This document shows, in pieces, positions 8,137 to 17,896 of a stretch of 63,568 nucleotides of DNA; position 1 is the first letter of the stretch; each line of letters starts with the position of its first letter. The DNA lies in IMG/VR virus record IMGVR_UViG_3300021963_006734, positions 1 to 63,568 of that record; one strand, given 5' to 3'. This DNA is from a virus. Its lineage: Duplodnaviria > Caudoviricetes. The notes below the pieces were generated by a model that was not told where the DNA came from, searched no databases, and worked only from the letters and a program-made list of their open reading frames with translations. Both the position numbers and the translations under genes were made by a program.

Positions 8137-9738
8137 ATGTCTAACATTAATATAGGTGTTATTCGGCAGAGAATTGGTAGAGTACAAAATATTGTAAGTC
8201 AATTACCACAATCTTTGACATCTGCTACACGAGCAAATATAGTTGCATTAACTAGGCAACAAGAGTTACAAAAAACTTCAATACCTCAATCGTTGGAAGA
8301 TATATCTAACAAATTGAAAGAAGCCGAAGTATCGAGTAATATAGCAACAGAATTATCAAACTTTAAACCATTCATCGCACAGTCTGCTGTACAAAGACGA
8401 AGAGGGACAAATCCGCGAGTAGAAGGTGGTGACAGCGGTGAAAACCGAGGTAGATCACAAGCAAAACGACAGATATTTTCTCCAACAAATGGTTTAAATA
8501 ATGAAATTGCCAATAAGTTAAAAGAATTATCTAAATTAGGTTTGCAAAAAAATCAATTATCTCAACAAGCAGATGTATTAGAAAAACAAATTGCGGCACT
8601 ATCTGGAAAATTACAAAATTTATTAAATATAGGTGCTGGTGTTGAGCAAATTCGTCAGGTTGAGGCACAGATAGAGCAGTTTACATTGTTATACGACAGA
8701 ACAAAAGTTACACTAGAAAGAATAAAAAAATTATATGACGGACAATACAGAGTATTGGAAAAATTAAGAAAAAAACGGGATGATTTACAAAAGAAATTTT
8801 GGAATAATTACGACAAACTAATGAATGTTATTAAAAAGTTTAGAGAAATTCCAAAAAAACTAAGATTTCCAAAACTACCTAAATTACCAACACTAAACAT
8901 ACGAAAAGGTAATATAAAATCAAAGTTCATGGATGCGATAAATAAAATTAAACAAGCATCCCGTGACGCAGCAAAGATCGCAACTGTTAAGGCAAAGGAA
9001 GAATCTTTGGAGAAAATTCGTGATCCAAACAAAGGAGATCGATTTCAGAGAGCTGCATCGAAAGCACGACAAGCATTAAGAAATGCACAAGATCGGGTAA
9101 ATATTGTGCAAGCACAACGAGATGCTATAATTAATGCAACTTTGGGACAAGTCAATAATGAAATACAGAGAGCAAGAATTGGTATAGATAGCGCACAAAA
9201 ACAAGTAGAATTGGGAATAGACAAAGCTGCTGCAAGATCTAGTGCACAGTTAGTAAAACTAGCTGATGCAAAAAGAAGAGCAGAACAACTACGAGATAGT
9301 CAGTTAATAAAATTGGATAATTTTGCTTCCAGTTTAGCACAACAAGCTGCAGCAGGCATCAAAACAGCACAAGATACTTTAAATAAAGAATTAACATCTG
9401 CGGATCTACAAAGTTCACAAAATTTAGCAAATAGAAGTGTCGAAGAATTACAAAAAATTGAAGACTTAAAAAATAGTATAACAACTTTTTTGAATACAAA
9501 TAACATAAAAAATTTTACTACTGGTGTTGGGGTCGGGTCTACATTACGAACAGCTAGACAACAATCATTAACTTTGGATCAATTCAGTAAAACATATCCA
9601 GAAGTATTTAATCAAGGTGCATATGACAATACCAGTAGAATTGCTAATGTGTCGGGTGTGTATATAGTTGTTACGACATACTATCAGAAAGGTAATGTTG
9701 GGGTAGCAACGATAGGTAATCCTACTAAAAGTATATAA
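8137..9738 (+). CDS. Long coiled-coil hypothetical protein
   Basis: 533-aa Q/K/A/L-rich helical ORF with a PKLPKLP hinge. Confidence 0.7.
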   Translation: MSNINIGVIRQRIGRVQNIVSQLPQSLTSATRANIVALTRQQELQKTSIPQSLEDISNKLKEAEVSSNIATELSNFKPFIAQSAVQRRRGTNPRVEGGDSGENRGRSQAKRQIFSPTNGLNNEIANKLKELSKLGLQKNQLSQQADVLEKQIAALSGKLQNLLNIGAGVEQIRQVEAQIEQFTLLYDRTKVTLERIKKLYDGQYRVLEKLRKKRDDLQKKFWNNYDKLMNVIKKFREIPKKLRFPKLPKLPTLNIRKGNIKSKFMDAINKIKQASRDAAKIATVKAKEESLEKIRDPNKGDRFQRAASKARQALRNAQDRVNIVQAQRDAIINATLGQVNNEIQRARIGIDSAQKQVELGIDKAAARSSAQLVKLADAKRRAEQLRDSQLIKLDNFASSLAQQAAAGIKTAQDTLNKELTSADLQSSQNLANRSVEELQKIEDLKNSITTFLNTNNIKNFTTGVGVGSTLRTARQQSLTLDQFSKTYPEVFNQGAYDNTSRIANVSGVYIVVTTYYQKGNVGVATIGNPTKSI

Positions 9739-9831
9739 AAATTTAGATATGTGTTGTTAAATTGTTAAAATTCAATACTTTCTGATATTTAAATAAAGGG
9801 TCTAAGAGGTTATTTTTTTAAGGAGAATCGT

Positions 9832-10200
9832 ATGGATAAAGCATTATTCAGAGCATATGTAAAAGAACTGGTAAAAGAACAACTTGAAGAAACTGTTGAA
9901 AAAACAGTGAGAAAGGTACTGCCAGACATTTTGGGAGAAGCTGTTGCGGAAATCAAAGGATCTCAACGAGTTACCGAAAATACCACATCACAAAAAGCAA
10001 AATTATCTAGAACACAATTAGCAGAAATGATGGGATTGGAACGATTGGGGGATACATTATCGGCAACAACTTCTCGTATGGTAATGCCAGAAAATGTTCC
10101 AGCAAATTTGGATTTAAATAGTCCACAGATACAACCTGCGGTTGAAGCTATTACACGGGATTATAGCTTATTGATGAAAAAAATGGGATTATCTAAATAA
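9832..10200 (+). CDS. Hypothetical protein
   Basis: SD AAGGAG; promoter-like variant TATTTAAA at 9786-9793. Confidence 0.7.
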   Translation: MDKALFRAYVKELVKEQLEETVEKTVRKVLPDILGEAVAEIKGSQRVTENTTSQKAKLSRTQLAEMMGLERLGDTLSATTSRMVMPENVPANLDLNSPQIQPAVEAITRDYSLLMKKMGLSK

Positions 10201-10203
10201 TTT

Positions 10204-10641
10204 ATGTCAAAAACCGTTTATCTGGGTCAACCACTTCCATTGAAACGAGGACCGAGAGGATATTTCTCGTCAACGACAGATGCTTTGGAAAATGAAAAAT
10301 CTAAGTTTATAAACTTAATTTTGACCATAAAGGGTGAACGAGTAGGAAATCCAACTTTTGGATGTGATATCCATAAATTATTATTTGAACAAAAAACAGC
10401 AGATGTACAAGACTTGGCACAACAATATGTTCTAGATGCAGTCAATAACTGGATGCCATATTTAATACTACAACAAATACAGGTAGTTAACGCAGATACA
10501 TTTTTAAACGATAATAGTATAATTTTGTATGTAAAGTACGGGTTCGTAAACAACCCATTAGCAGTACAGTCTGTACAGGTAGTTATAGGAGAAGTACCAA
10601 ATACTAGTCTAGTAAGTTCTGGACGACTAAGAACCGTGTGA
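10204..10641 (+). CDS. Baseplate wedge protein, gp25/GPW-like
   Basis: NLILTIKGERVGNPTFGC…LLFE…WMPY signature. Confidence 0.85.
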   Translation: MSKTVYLGQPLPLKRGPRGYFSSTTDALENEKSKFINLILTIKGERVGNPTFGCDIHKLLFEQKTADVQDLAQQYVLDAVNNWMPYLILQQIQVVNADTFLNDNSIILYVKYGFVNNPLAVQSVQVVIGEVPNTSLVSSGRLRTV

Positions 10642-10649
10642 GATAAACA

Positions 10650-12605
10650 ATGGCATTAACAAATGATGTTATAAAAAAATTAAATGTAGCACCAAAAGAG
10701 ATTCGGTATTTAAATCGAACATTTACAGATTTCAAATCCGACCTTATAACATTTATTAAACAATACTATCCATCCACATGGACAGATTTTAATGAATCCA
10801 ATCCAGGAATGATAATGCTTGAACTCGCCGCGTATGTCGGTGATGTATTATCATTCTACATAGATAATCAGTTTAAAGAAAATTTATTAGCATATGCAGA
10901 AGAAGAAAAAAATATTATTAGTATAGCACAAGCATTTGGATACAAACCAAAAATGATAGTTCCCGCGGTAACAGAACTATTAGTATCGCAGGTAGTTCCA
11001 GCAAAGGGTGCTGCAGATGGATATGTACCTGATACAGCTTATATGTTGAAAATTGATAAAAATTCTACATTTTCTACAACTGGAAACACAACAATCACCT
11101 TTAGAAATACTGAATTTATAGACTTTGCCGATCCAAAAAATAGAAGTATTCAACCATATCAAATTGATGACGATACCTTACAGATAACCACATATTTGGT
11201 AACAAAAACTGTTAATGCGACCGCGGGCCAACTAAAAACACAATCTTTTACTTTTGGTGATCCATCAAAATTTTCCAATGTTACATTGGGAGATGATAAT
11301 ATTACATCAATTTCTAAAGTAACTGATTCGGAAGGTAATACTTGGTATGAGGTAGATTACTTAGCACAAGATACAATTTTGGAAGACAAAGAAGTAACAT
11401 ATACCGCGTCGGAATCGGAATCAACAACTCCATCATATAGTCTTAAATTTAGAACAGTACCACGAAGATTTGTTTCCAGATTAACACCAGACAAACGAGT
11501 ACAGTTATTGTTTGGTTCTGGACAAGGTAATGTTTCCGAAGAAATTGTATCGTTAGATGCTCGTAGAGTAGCAAATGAAGATTTCACAACAGATCTAGCT
11601 AGTATTTCATTAGACACAACAGACTTTTTAAATACTGATAGTTTTGGATTGTCTCCCGCAAACACTACACTAACTGTAGAATATACAGTTGGTGGTGGAA
11701 TTAATACGAATGTTTCTTCTGGAGAAATTACTGAAGTTGGACAATTACGAGTAGTTAATTCAATAGAAGAATTTAATCAAGATGAATTAACATTATTTAA
11801 TGATATTAGAAATACTGTATCTGTATTCAATGCAATGCCGGCAACTGGTGGACTTGACGGTGAATCGGTGGAAGAAATTAGACAACGAGCATTAGCATTT
11901 TTAAATGCACAAAATCGTGTAGTAACACGTGAAGATTATGAGGGACGAGTGTTAGCAATGCCACCAAAATATGGGGCAGTTGCAAAAGTATTTGCAATTT
12001 CTGATAACCAACAAAACAAAATCCAAGCATTACCACCAGATACAAATTTACAAGATCAAAACCCAGACACAAATCGTGTATATGTGGAAGATAATCCAAA
12101 ACCAAACGCAATCAATTTGTATTTGTTGGGATATAATCAAAATAAAAAGTTAACAACACTAAATTCACTCGTGAAGAAAAATTTACAAAGTTATTTAGGA
12201 AAATACAGGATGTTAACTGATCAGGTTAACATTTTAGATGCATTCGTTGTCAACATTGGATTGAATTTTGATATAACAGTGTTCAAGGGGTACAATTTAC
12301 AAGATGTATTGGCTGTTTGTTTAGACGCTGTTCGTAAATACTTCGATATCAATAAATGGCAAATTAATCAACCTATACGATTATCTGATCTCCGAGTTTT
12401 GATTGTAGCACAAGAAGGTGTGCAAAGTTTAAATAATTTTGAAGTAGTAAACAAGTATTTCTTTAGAGATGGAAGAGACTACCAGAGTTATCGTTATGAT
12501 ATAGCAGAAGCTATAGTTGACGATGTGTTATATCCTTCGTTAGATCCGTGTATATTTGAAATACGATATCCAGAAACAGACATTGTTGGGACGGCAAGAC
12601 AATGA
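10650..12605 (+). CDS. Baseplate wedge subunit, gp6-like
   Basis: DFNES..GM..LELAAYVGDVLSFY.D, LLFGSG, GG.D.ES.EEIR, QNRVVTREDY motifs. Confidence 0.88.
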   Translation: MALTNDVIKKLNVAPKEIRYLNRTFTDFKSDLITFIKQYYPSTWTDFNESNPGMIMLELAAYVGDVLSFYIDNQFKENLLAYAEEEKNIISIAQAFGYKPKMIVPAVTELLVSQVVPAKGAADGYVPDTAYMLKIDKNSTFSTTGNTTITFRNTEFIDFADPKNRSIQPYQIDDDTLQITTYLVTKTVNATAGQLKTQSFTFGDPSKFSNVTLGDDNITSISKVTDSEGNTWYEVDYLAQDTILEDKEVTYTASESESTTPSYSLKFRTVPRRFVSRLTPDKRVQLLFGSGQGNVSEEIVSLDARRVANEDFTTDLASISLDTTDFLNTDSFGLSPANTTLTVEYTVGGGINTNVSSGEITEVGQLRVVNSIEEFNQDELTLFNDIRNTVSVFNAMPATGGLDGESVEEIRQRALAFLNAQNRVVTREDYEGRVLAMPPKYGAVAKVFAISDNQQNKIQALPPDTNLQDQNPDTNRVYVEDNPKPNAINLYLLGYNQNKKLTTLNSLVKKNLQSYLGKYRMLTDQVNILDAFVVNIGLNFDITVFKGYNLQDVLAVCLDAVRKYFDINKWQINQPIRLSDLRVLIVAQEGVQSLNNFEVVNKYFFRDGRDYQSYRYDIAEAIVDDVLYPSLDPCIFEIRYPETDIVGTARQ

Positions 12606-13636
12606 GAATATTTTTAACTGCATCCAAAGACACAACTTTATATCAAAGATATCCTACTAATAACGCGGGATTGGATGAAATTCTTGAAGTAGGAAAAGTT
12701 GCAAAACCAGAAGATTTGAGCATTGCATACTCTGGTAGTGCCGCTCGTGCGATCCTAAGTTTTAATTTAACAAACAGTGCTTCATTTTCTGCCGACGCAA
12801 AATATTATTTAAATTTAAAAATTGCAAATGCAACGAAGTTACCATACTCACAAGAAATATTGATTAAAAAATTATCTGCATCTTGGACAGAAGGATCTGG
12901 ATATTTTGTTCAACAATCAAAAAATGCAGGAGATGGTGCTACATGGAGACAAGCTACTACCGCAGTATCTTGGAGTACATCTGGTGGAACTGTATACAAT
13001 ACTCCAACTCAAAGTTTAGTATTAGACGAGTATCCATTACAAGATTTACGAATTGATGTAACAAATATTTTGAGTCCTGTTGTGTCACAATCACTTGATT
13101 GGAATGGATTATTATTACAATTCCCAACTAATAGTGAAATTGATCAAACAAATGAAGGTAATATTAAGTTGTTCTCAAAACAAACACACACAGTACACCA
13201 ACCAACATTAGAAGTAGTGTGGGATGATAGTACATTTGTAACAGGATCATTGTTGAAAACAATTCCAAATACATTAGATATTCTTGTTGCACCAAAAAAT
13301 GTGAAAGATGTATATACTCGTGGTACAAAAGAAAAAGTACGATTTATTGTTCGTGACAAATATCCACCAAAAACATTCGATGCAACTTTACGATATAAAG
13401 GTAAATATTATTTACCATCGTCTTCCTACTTTAGTATCACAGACACACAAGCTGGAACAACAATATACCCAGATGATGTATACGCTAAATTAAGTTGTGA
13501 TCCAACAAGTTCATATTTTGTATTGGATACTACACCTCTGTATAAAAATAGATATTATACTGTTAATTTAACTATTAATAACGGAACATCAGATACATCG
13601 ATTATTTCCGATGTATTCACATTCTTGGTAAAGTAA
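12602..13636 (+). CDS. Putative virion structural protein, beta-rich
   Basis: 344-aa ORF coupled to the gp6-like gene. Confidence 0.6.
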   Translation: MRIFLTASKDTTLYQRYPTNNAGLDEILEVGKVAKPEDLSIAYSGSAARAILSFNLTNSASFSADAKYYLNLKIANATKLPYSQEILIKKLSASWTEGSGYFVQQSKNAGDGATWRQATTAVSWSTSGGTVYNTPTQSLVLDEYPLQDLRIDVTNILSPVVSQSLDWNGLLLQFPTNSEIDQTNEGNIKLFSKQTHTVHQPTLEVVWDDSTFVTGSLLKTIPNTLDILVAPKNVKDVYTRGTKEKVRFIVRDKYPPKTFDATLRYKGKYYLPSSSYFSITDTQAGTTIYPDDVYAKLSCDPTSSYFVLDTTPLYKNRYYTVNLTINNGTSDTSIISDVFTFLVK

Positions 13637-13637
13637 T

Positions 13638-15062
13638 ATGTCGAATATTCGTTACATAGACAAAACATATATTGAAAGTCCTGATTTCCAAGAACCACAA
13701 GAAGATTTAACCTTACGGATAAATTTGTCGAGTGGACAAGAATTGTTATTTACTGCTGAAAAGGAATTTTATACTCCTCGCAGAATATCGACAAATTTGG
13801 CAGATGTTGTACAACTAGAAAATGTAGTAGAATATTCTCCAAATAATGTTGCGATTGTAAAATTACAAAATGGACAAACATCATTAACAACACCGCAATA
13901 TTATTTAAATTCTATAGTTAGAGACATATATAAACAATATCCATTAGACACATTCTTTACAGAACTGGATGATGATCTGGCGGTTCCTGAATATGTTGGA
14001 ACTGATTTTGAAAAACGACAATTGGCGTTAAACACTTTGTTAAATCTGGAAGATTTAGCAGTGGGTGCTGCGGTTAATGATCCAACACTTATCGCACAAG
14101 CAACGGACGACATAGATAACAATTTTTCAGAATTGGCAGGACTAGATATGGTTATGGAGTTAGGACCAGGAGAAATAACTACTCCCGAAGAAGATGATCA
14201 ACTTACATCTTTGGATTTTGTCGGATTAACTGATAATGGGTCATCTACTACTGGTGGATATGTTAGTTCACCAAATGTGGGAGCTTTTATTCCTGGACTA
14301 GATTCTACTGGAGTTTCTCCCGGAGACACAAAAATAATATTACCGAACGGAGATGTTGTAATTGCAAGTGGGGATCCGTTGAGTGAGATAACGGAACAAC
14401 AACAAGAAGAAGAATCTGTGGTACCTGATCAAACAGGATTATTTTCATCGGATGATACATCATCGGACATTATAGATCCAGTACCGGTAGTGGATGAAAC
14501 TGGATTAATTCGTATGGATGGGGGATTGCCTACTATTGCTGGAGAAATACCTGGTTTGGAAACTGTTAATAGAGCTATCGAATTATTAAACACAGGAACA
14601 CAACAAATTGAAAGTAGTATGCAAGTAACTACTACACCACCACAAGATGATTGTAAAACAATAACCATAGCAAAAGGTAAAAAAGGATTTGCCGGTCGTT
14701 TTGGAATAGGTAGAAAACCAGAGAGAAAAGTGTCTCGTTCTTCTATAGAAAATAAATTAGCATTGGTAAAAACAGATATTGCACAACAAGAAAATAGTAC
14801 CGAACCATTATTAAAAACAGCAAGTGGTACACCAACTTTAATAAAAACACAAAAATTTTCATTGTTTTCTAAATTAGCAAGTACTTTGGGTCGTGCTGGT
14901 GTATTAAATGCTATATCAAGAACTGTTGGTGCACCGGTACAAATAACGAGTACTACCGCCGCTGTACCAAGTGGATATCAACCAATGACTAAACAGCAAA
15001 TTTTAAATTTGTTATATAAAACTAAAACAGAATTGGAAACTATTTTAGCACAAGGATGTTAA
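13638..15062 (+). CDS. Hypothetical protein with acidic middle and basic C-terminus
   Basis: 474-aa ORF in the baseplate operon. Confidence 0.65.
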   Translation: MSNIRYIDKTYIESPDFQEPQEDLTLRINLSSGQELLFTAEKEFYTPRRISTNLADVVQLENVVEYSPNNVAIVKLQNGQTSLTTPQYYLNSIVRDIYKQYPLDTFFTELDDDLAVPEYVGTDFEKRQLALNTLLNLEDLAVGAAVNDPTLIAQATDDIDNNFSELAGLDMVMELGPGEITTPEEDDQLTSLDFVGLTDNGSSTTGGYVSSPNVGAFIPGLDSTGVSPGDTKIILPNGDVVIASGDPLSEITEQQQEEESVVPDQTGLFSSDDTSSDIIDPVPVVDETGLIRMDGGLPTIAGEIPGLETVNRAIELLNTGTQQIESSMQVTTTPPQDDCKTITIAKGKKGFAGRFGIGRKPERKVSRSSIENKLALVKTDIAQQENSTEPLLKTASGTPTLIKTQKFSLFSKLASTLGRAGVLNAISRTVGAPVQITSTTAAVPSGYQPMTKQQILNLLYKTKTELETILAQGC

Positions 15063-15068
15063 TAAAAT

Positions 15069-15947
15069 ATGCCAAATCAACCTAACTATGTACAGTTAAT
15101 TCCAACAAAACCCCAATCGTTTCCTGTTTCTCGTATAGCAGAATCAGAAAACGATACAGATATTCTTGATGGTAGATTACCTGCGGAATTTGGGTTCGAC
15201 ATCGATGATAATTTGGAATTACATTTTTACGACAGTCAAAATACTCTTGTAAATACTACAATTGTTAGTTTGAATAGTGGTATAATTTCTATACGGTCTA
15301 TACTATTACCTGATGGTACACGAGAAGAAAAACTCGTGTTGGATATGACTAGAATACAAACTGAATTGGGATTATTTTTAACACCTGGAACATATACTCT
15401 AGTTGTAAATCTATTTTCAGATGAAATTGGTAGTTACGCAAATAAAAAATTAACAATAGAAGAAATTTCAGAATCTAGAACTGAATTAAGATTAGGATTC
15501 AATGTACCATTTACTGATAATGAGCAGCAAGAATTATACGAATTTATAGAACCAGCACTACCCAGAGTACTCGCTGGTGGTGCTATGAATTCAATTATGG
15601 GTATATCTGGTGGTGATGTAGTTTCTAATCAACAATTTGAAATAGCACAAACACAAGAATTTGTGAATGACATAAATGTTAAATTGGAAGAATTAGTTCC
15701 TTCGTTACGACAAGAAATGTTAACAATAGAAAATACTCTACCAACTGAATTGGATCAAACAATAGAAATTGCTAGCGCAGCAGTATATGATGAATTTGTA
15801 CAGTTGGTAGCAGCAACAAAGGATAGTAATTTGTTTGATAGATTACAATCCAGTGAATTAGATGTGTTGGTTGAACGAGCTGTCGAAAACGCATTTTTAA
15901 ATAACAATCTTGGATTATTAGTTCAAGGTAAAATTCAATTAATTTGA
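15069..15947 (+). CDS. Hypothetical protein, probably structural
   Basis: 292-aa ORF with an IEEISESRTELRL segment. Confidence 0.65.
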   Translation: MPNQPNYVQLIPTKPQSFPVSRIAESENDTDILDGRLPAEFGFDIDDNLELHFYDSQNTLVNTTIVSLNSGIISIRSILLPDGTREEKLVLDMTRIQTELGLFLTPGTYTLVVNLFSDEIGSYANKKLTIEEISESRTELRLGFNVPFTDNEQQELYEFIEPALPRVLAGGAMNSIMGISGGDVVSNQQFEIAQTQEFVNDINVKLEELVPSLRQEMLTIENTLPTELDQTIEIASAAVYDEFVQLVAATKDSNLFDRLQSSELDVLVERAVENAFLNNNLGLLVQGKIQLI

Positions 15948-15955
15948 GGTAAGGT

Positions 15956-17884
15956 ATGGCAACTGCAGCGGATTATATAACATTTTCAACACAACAAGTT
16001 GTTACGGAATATAAATTGCGTGATCGTGCAGCATCTAGTCAAGAAGTAACTGTCACCAATATATCTAATGTATTTCGAATTACTGTATTAATTGAAGATA
16101 CATTCGATGGATCTATTCTGTCTCCGAATCAATTGATTCTAGAACCTCAAGAAAGTAAAACATTTAAAATTACATACGATTTAAATGTAATGGAATCTTT
16201 GCCTGTGGGAATAATTCCGGCAACAATAAATTTCACAGCCACAGCAGAACCAGTTGTAATTGCTCCTCCACCACCTCCTCCACCGCTACCATTACCACCA
16301 CCACCATTACCTGTAGTCTATAGAGGATGTACAGACCCAGCTGCATTCAATTATAACAATGCAGCTACAGTTGATGATGGATCGTGTATTCAAAAAGTAT
16401 ATGGATGTACAAATCCATATGCATTAAATTACAATCCATTAGCTAATATAGATACAGGATGTCAATTACCTGAAATAGAAGGGCCAGCTATATTACTTGG
16501 GTGTACCAACAGAACAGCGTTGAACTATAATCCACAAGCAACACAAGATGATGGAAGTTGTATACCTTCTATTCCTGGTTGTCAAGATCAAAATGCATTA
16601 AATTATAATCCAAACGCTAATACACCAACAGAATGTAAATATGCATTACCAGTAGAGGGATGTACTGATGTCACCGCGAGAAATTATAATCCCGTAGCAA
16701 CAGTTGCTAAAAATGATGGGTGCTCGTACAATACGGAAGAAGAAATAACAGGTTGTTTAGATCCAAAAGCAAAAAATTATAATCCAAACGCTACAAAACC
16801 AGCAGTACCAGATATATGTTTACCACATGATGTATTTGGATGTAAGAGTTCTAATGCGTGTAATTATAATGTAAATGCAACTATTGATGATGGAAGTTGT
16901 ATATTCCCTGATAATAGGGGAAATTGTGGTCCTGTTTTTGGATGTACTAATACAAGTGCAACAAATTACAATCCAAACGCTACGCAGGATGACGGTAGTT
17001 GTCAGTTCGTACTTGACCAAGTTCTTGGATGTACAAATCCAAACGCAGTAAATTATTTTAGATTTGCAACAGTTGATGATGGTTCTTGTACATTTAATAA
17101 GTTTGGATGTACTAATATAAGTGCTGCAAACTACGATCCAACAGCTACCCAAGATGATGGATCTTGTAAGTTTGTTGGTTGTAAAAATTCATCAGCAGTT
17201 AATTACAATCCATCTGATGATTTTGTCGCATGTCCAAATGATATTTGTTGTAACTTTGGATGCACTAATGAAGTAGAGTGTACAACTATTGGAGCTATAT
17301 TCTCGGTTGGGGCTGCAGATAGTGAAGGATTTGCCGTAGTATGTCGTTATATACAAAATTATCTAACAACATCACCCGATAGAGGTAATCTTGTTGTTGG
17401 GCAATGTAAAACTGGATGTACTACATCTTGCACAACAGAATTTGTAGGTAAAACGAATGTGTTTGGGTGTACTGACTCAAGAATGGCAAATTATAATCCT
17501 GATGCTACAAAGGACGATGGAAGTTGTGTTCCAGTAAAAGGATGTACATCAGCAACTGCTCAAAACTACAATCCTCGTGCAATGCAAGATGATGGAAGTT
17601 GTGTGGAATCTATTGCAGGGTGTATGGATCCTACGGCAAAAAATTATAATCCAAAAGCAACAACTAATGACATAAAATGTGAATATGATGTAGCGGGATG
17701 TGCTGATTTTGTTGCGTTAAATTACAATCCGGCAGCTACAATAAATGATGGTACTTGTAGATACTATACAAGTGGAGGTGGCGGTGGAGGTAGTAAAACA
17801 GATCAACAAGATACACAGTTAATTAATAATGTTGGTGGTGGTACGGTTGAACAAGGTGGTGTAGTTACATCAAATCAAATATAA
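15956..17884 (+). CDS. Cys-rich repeat protein: Ig-like N-terminus, polyproline linker, about 15 GCxxxxAxNY…DDGSC repeats
   Basis: Repeats visible directly in the translation. Confidence 0.8.
   Translation: MATAADYITFSTQQVVTEYKLRDRAASSQEVTVTNISNVFRITVLIEDTFDGSILSPNQLILEPQESKTFKITYDLNVMESLPVGIIPATINFTATAEPVVIAPPPPPPPLPLPPPPLPVVYRGCTDPAAFNYNNAATVDDGSCIQKVYGCTNPYALNYNPLANIDTGCQLPEIEGPAILLGCTNRTALNYNPQATQDDGSCIPSIPGCQDQNALNYNPNANTPTECKYALPVEGCTDVTARNYNPVATVAKNDGCSYNTEEEITGCLDPKAKNYNPNATKPAVPDICLPHDVFGCKSSNACNYNVNATIDDGSCIFPDNRGNCGPVFGCTNTSATNYNPNATQDDGSCQFVLDQVLGCTNPNAVNYFRFATVDDGSCTFNKFGCTNISAANYDPTATQDDGSCKFVGCKNSSAVNYNPSDDFVACPNDICCNFGCTNEVECTTIGAIFSVGAADSEGFAVVCRYIQNYLTTSPDRGNLVVGQCKTGCTTSCTTEFVGKTNVFGCTDSRMANYNPDATKDDGSCVPVKGCTSATAQNYNPRAMQDDGSCVESIAGCMDPTAKNYNPKATTNDIKCEYDVAGCADFVALNYNPAATINDGTCRYYTSGGGGGGSKTDQQDTQLINNVGGGTVEQGGVVTSNQI
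16325..17760 (+). repeat. About 15 imperfect protein-level repeats, consensus GCTxPxAxNYNPxATxDDGSC
   Basis: Counted by eye in the 15956..17884 translation. Confidence 0.85.
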
Positions 17885-17896
17885 TCAAGGAATTGT

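Noticed and set aside
8137-9738. Tape-measure protein
   Set aside because: Short for a large myovirus tail and not downstream of the tube gene; left as hypothetical, and the tape measure may lie outside the window
16325-17760. CRISPR array or DGR template/variable repeats
   Set aside because: Repeats are conserved at protein level with synonymous variation, not identical DNA repeats with spacers; no cas or reverse transcriptase gene in the window
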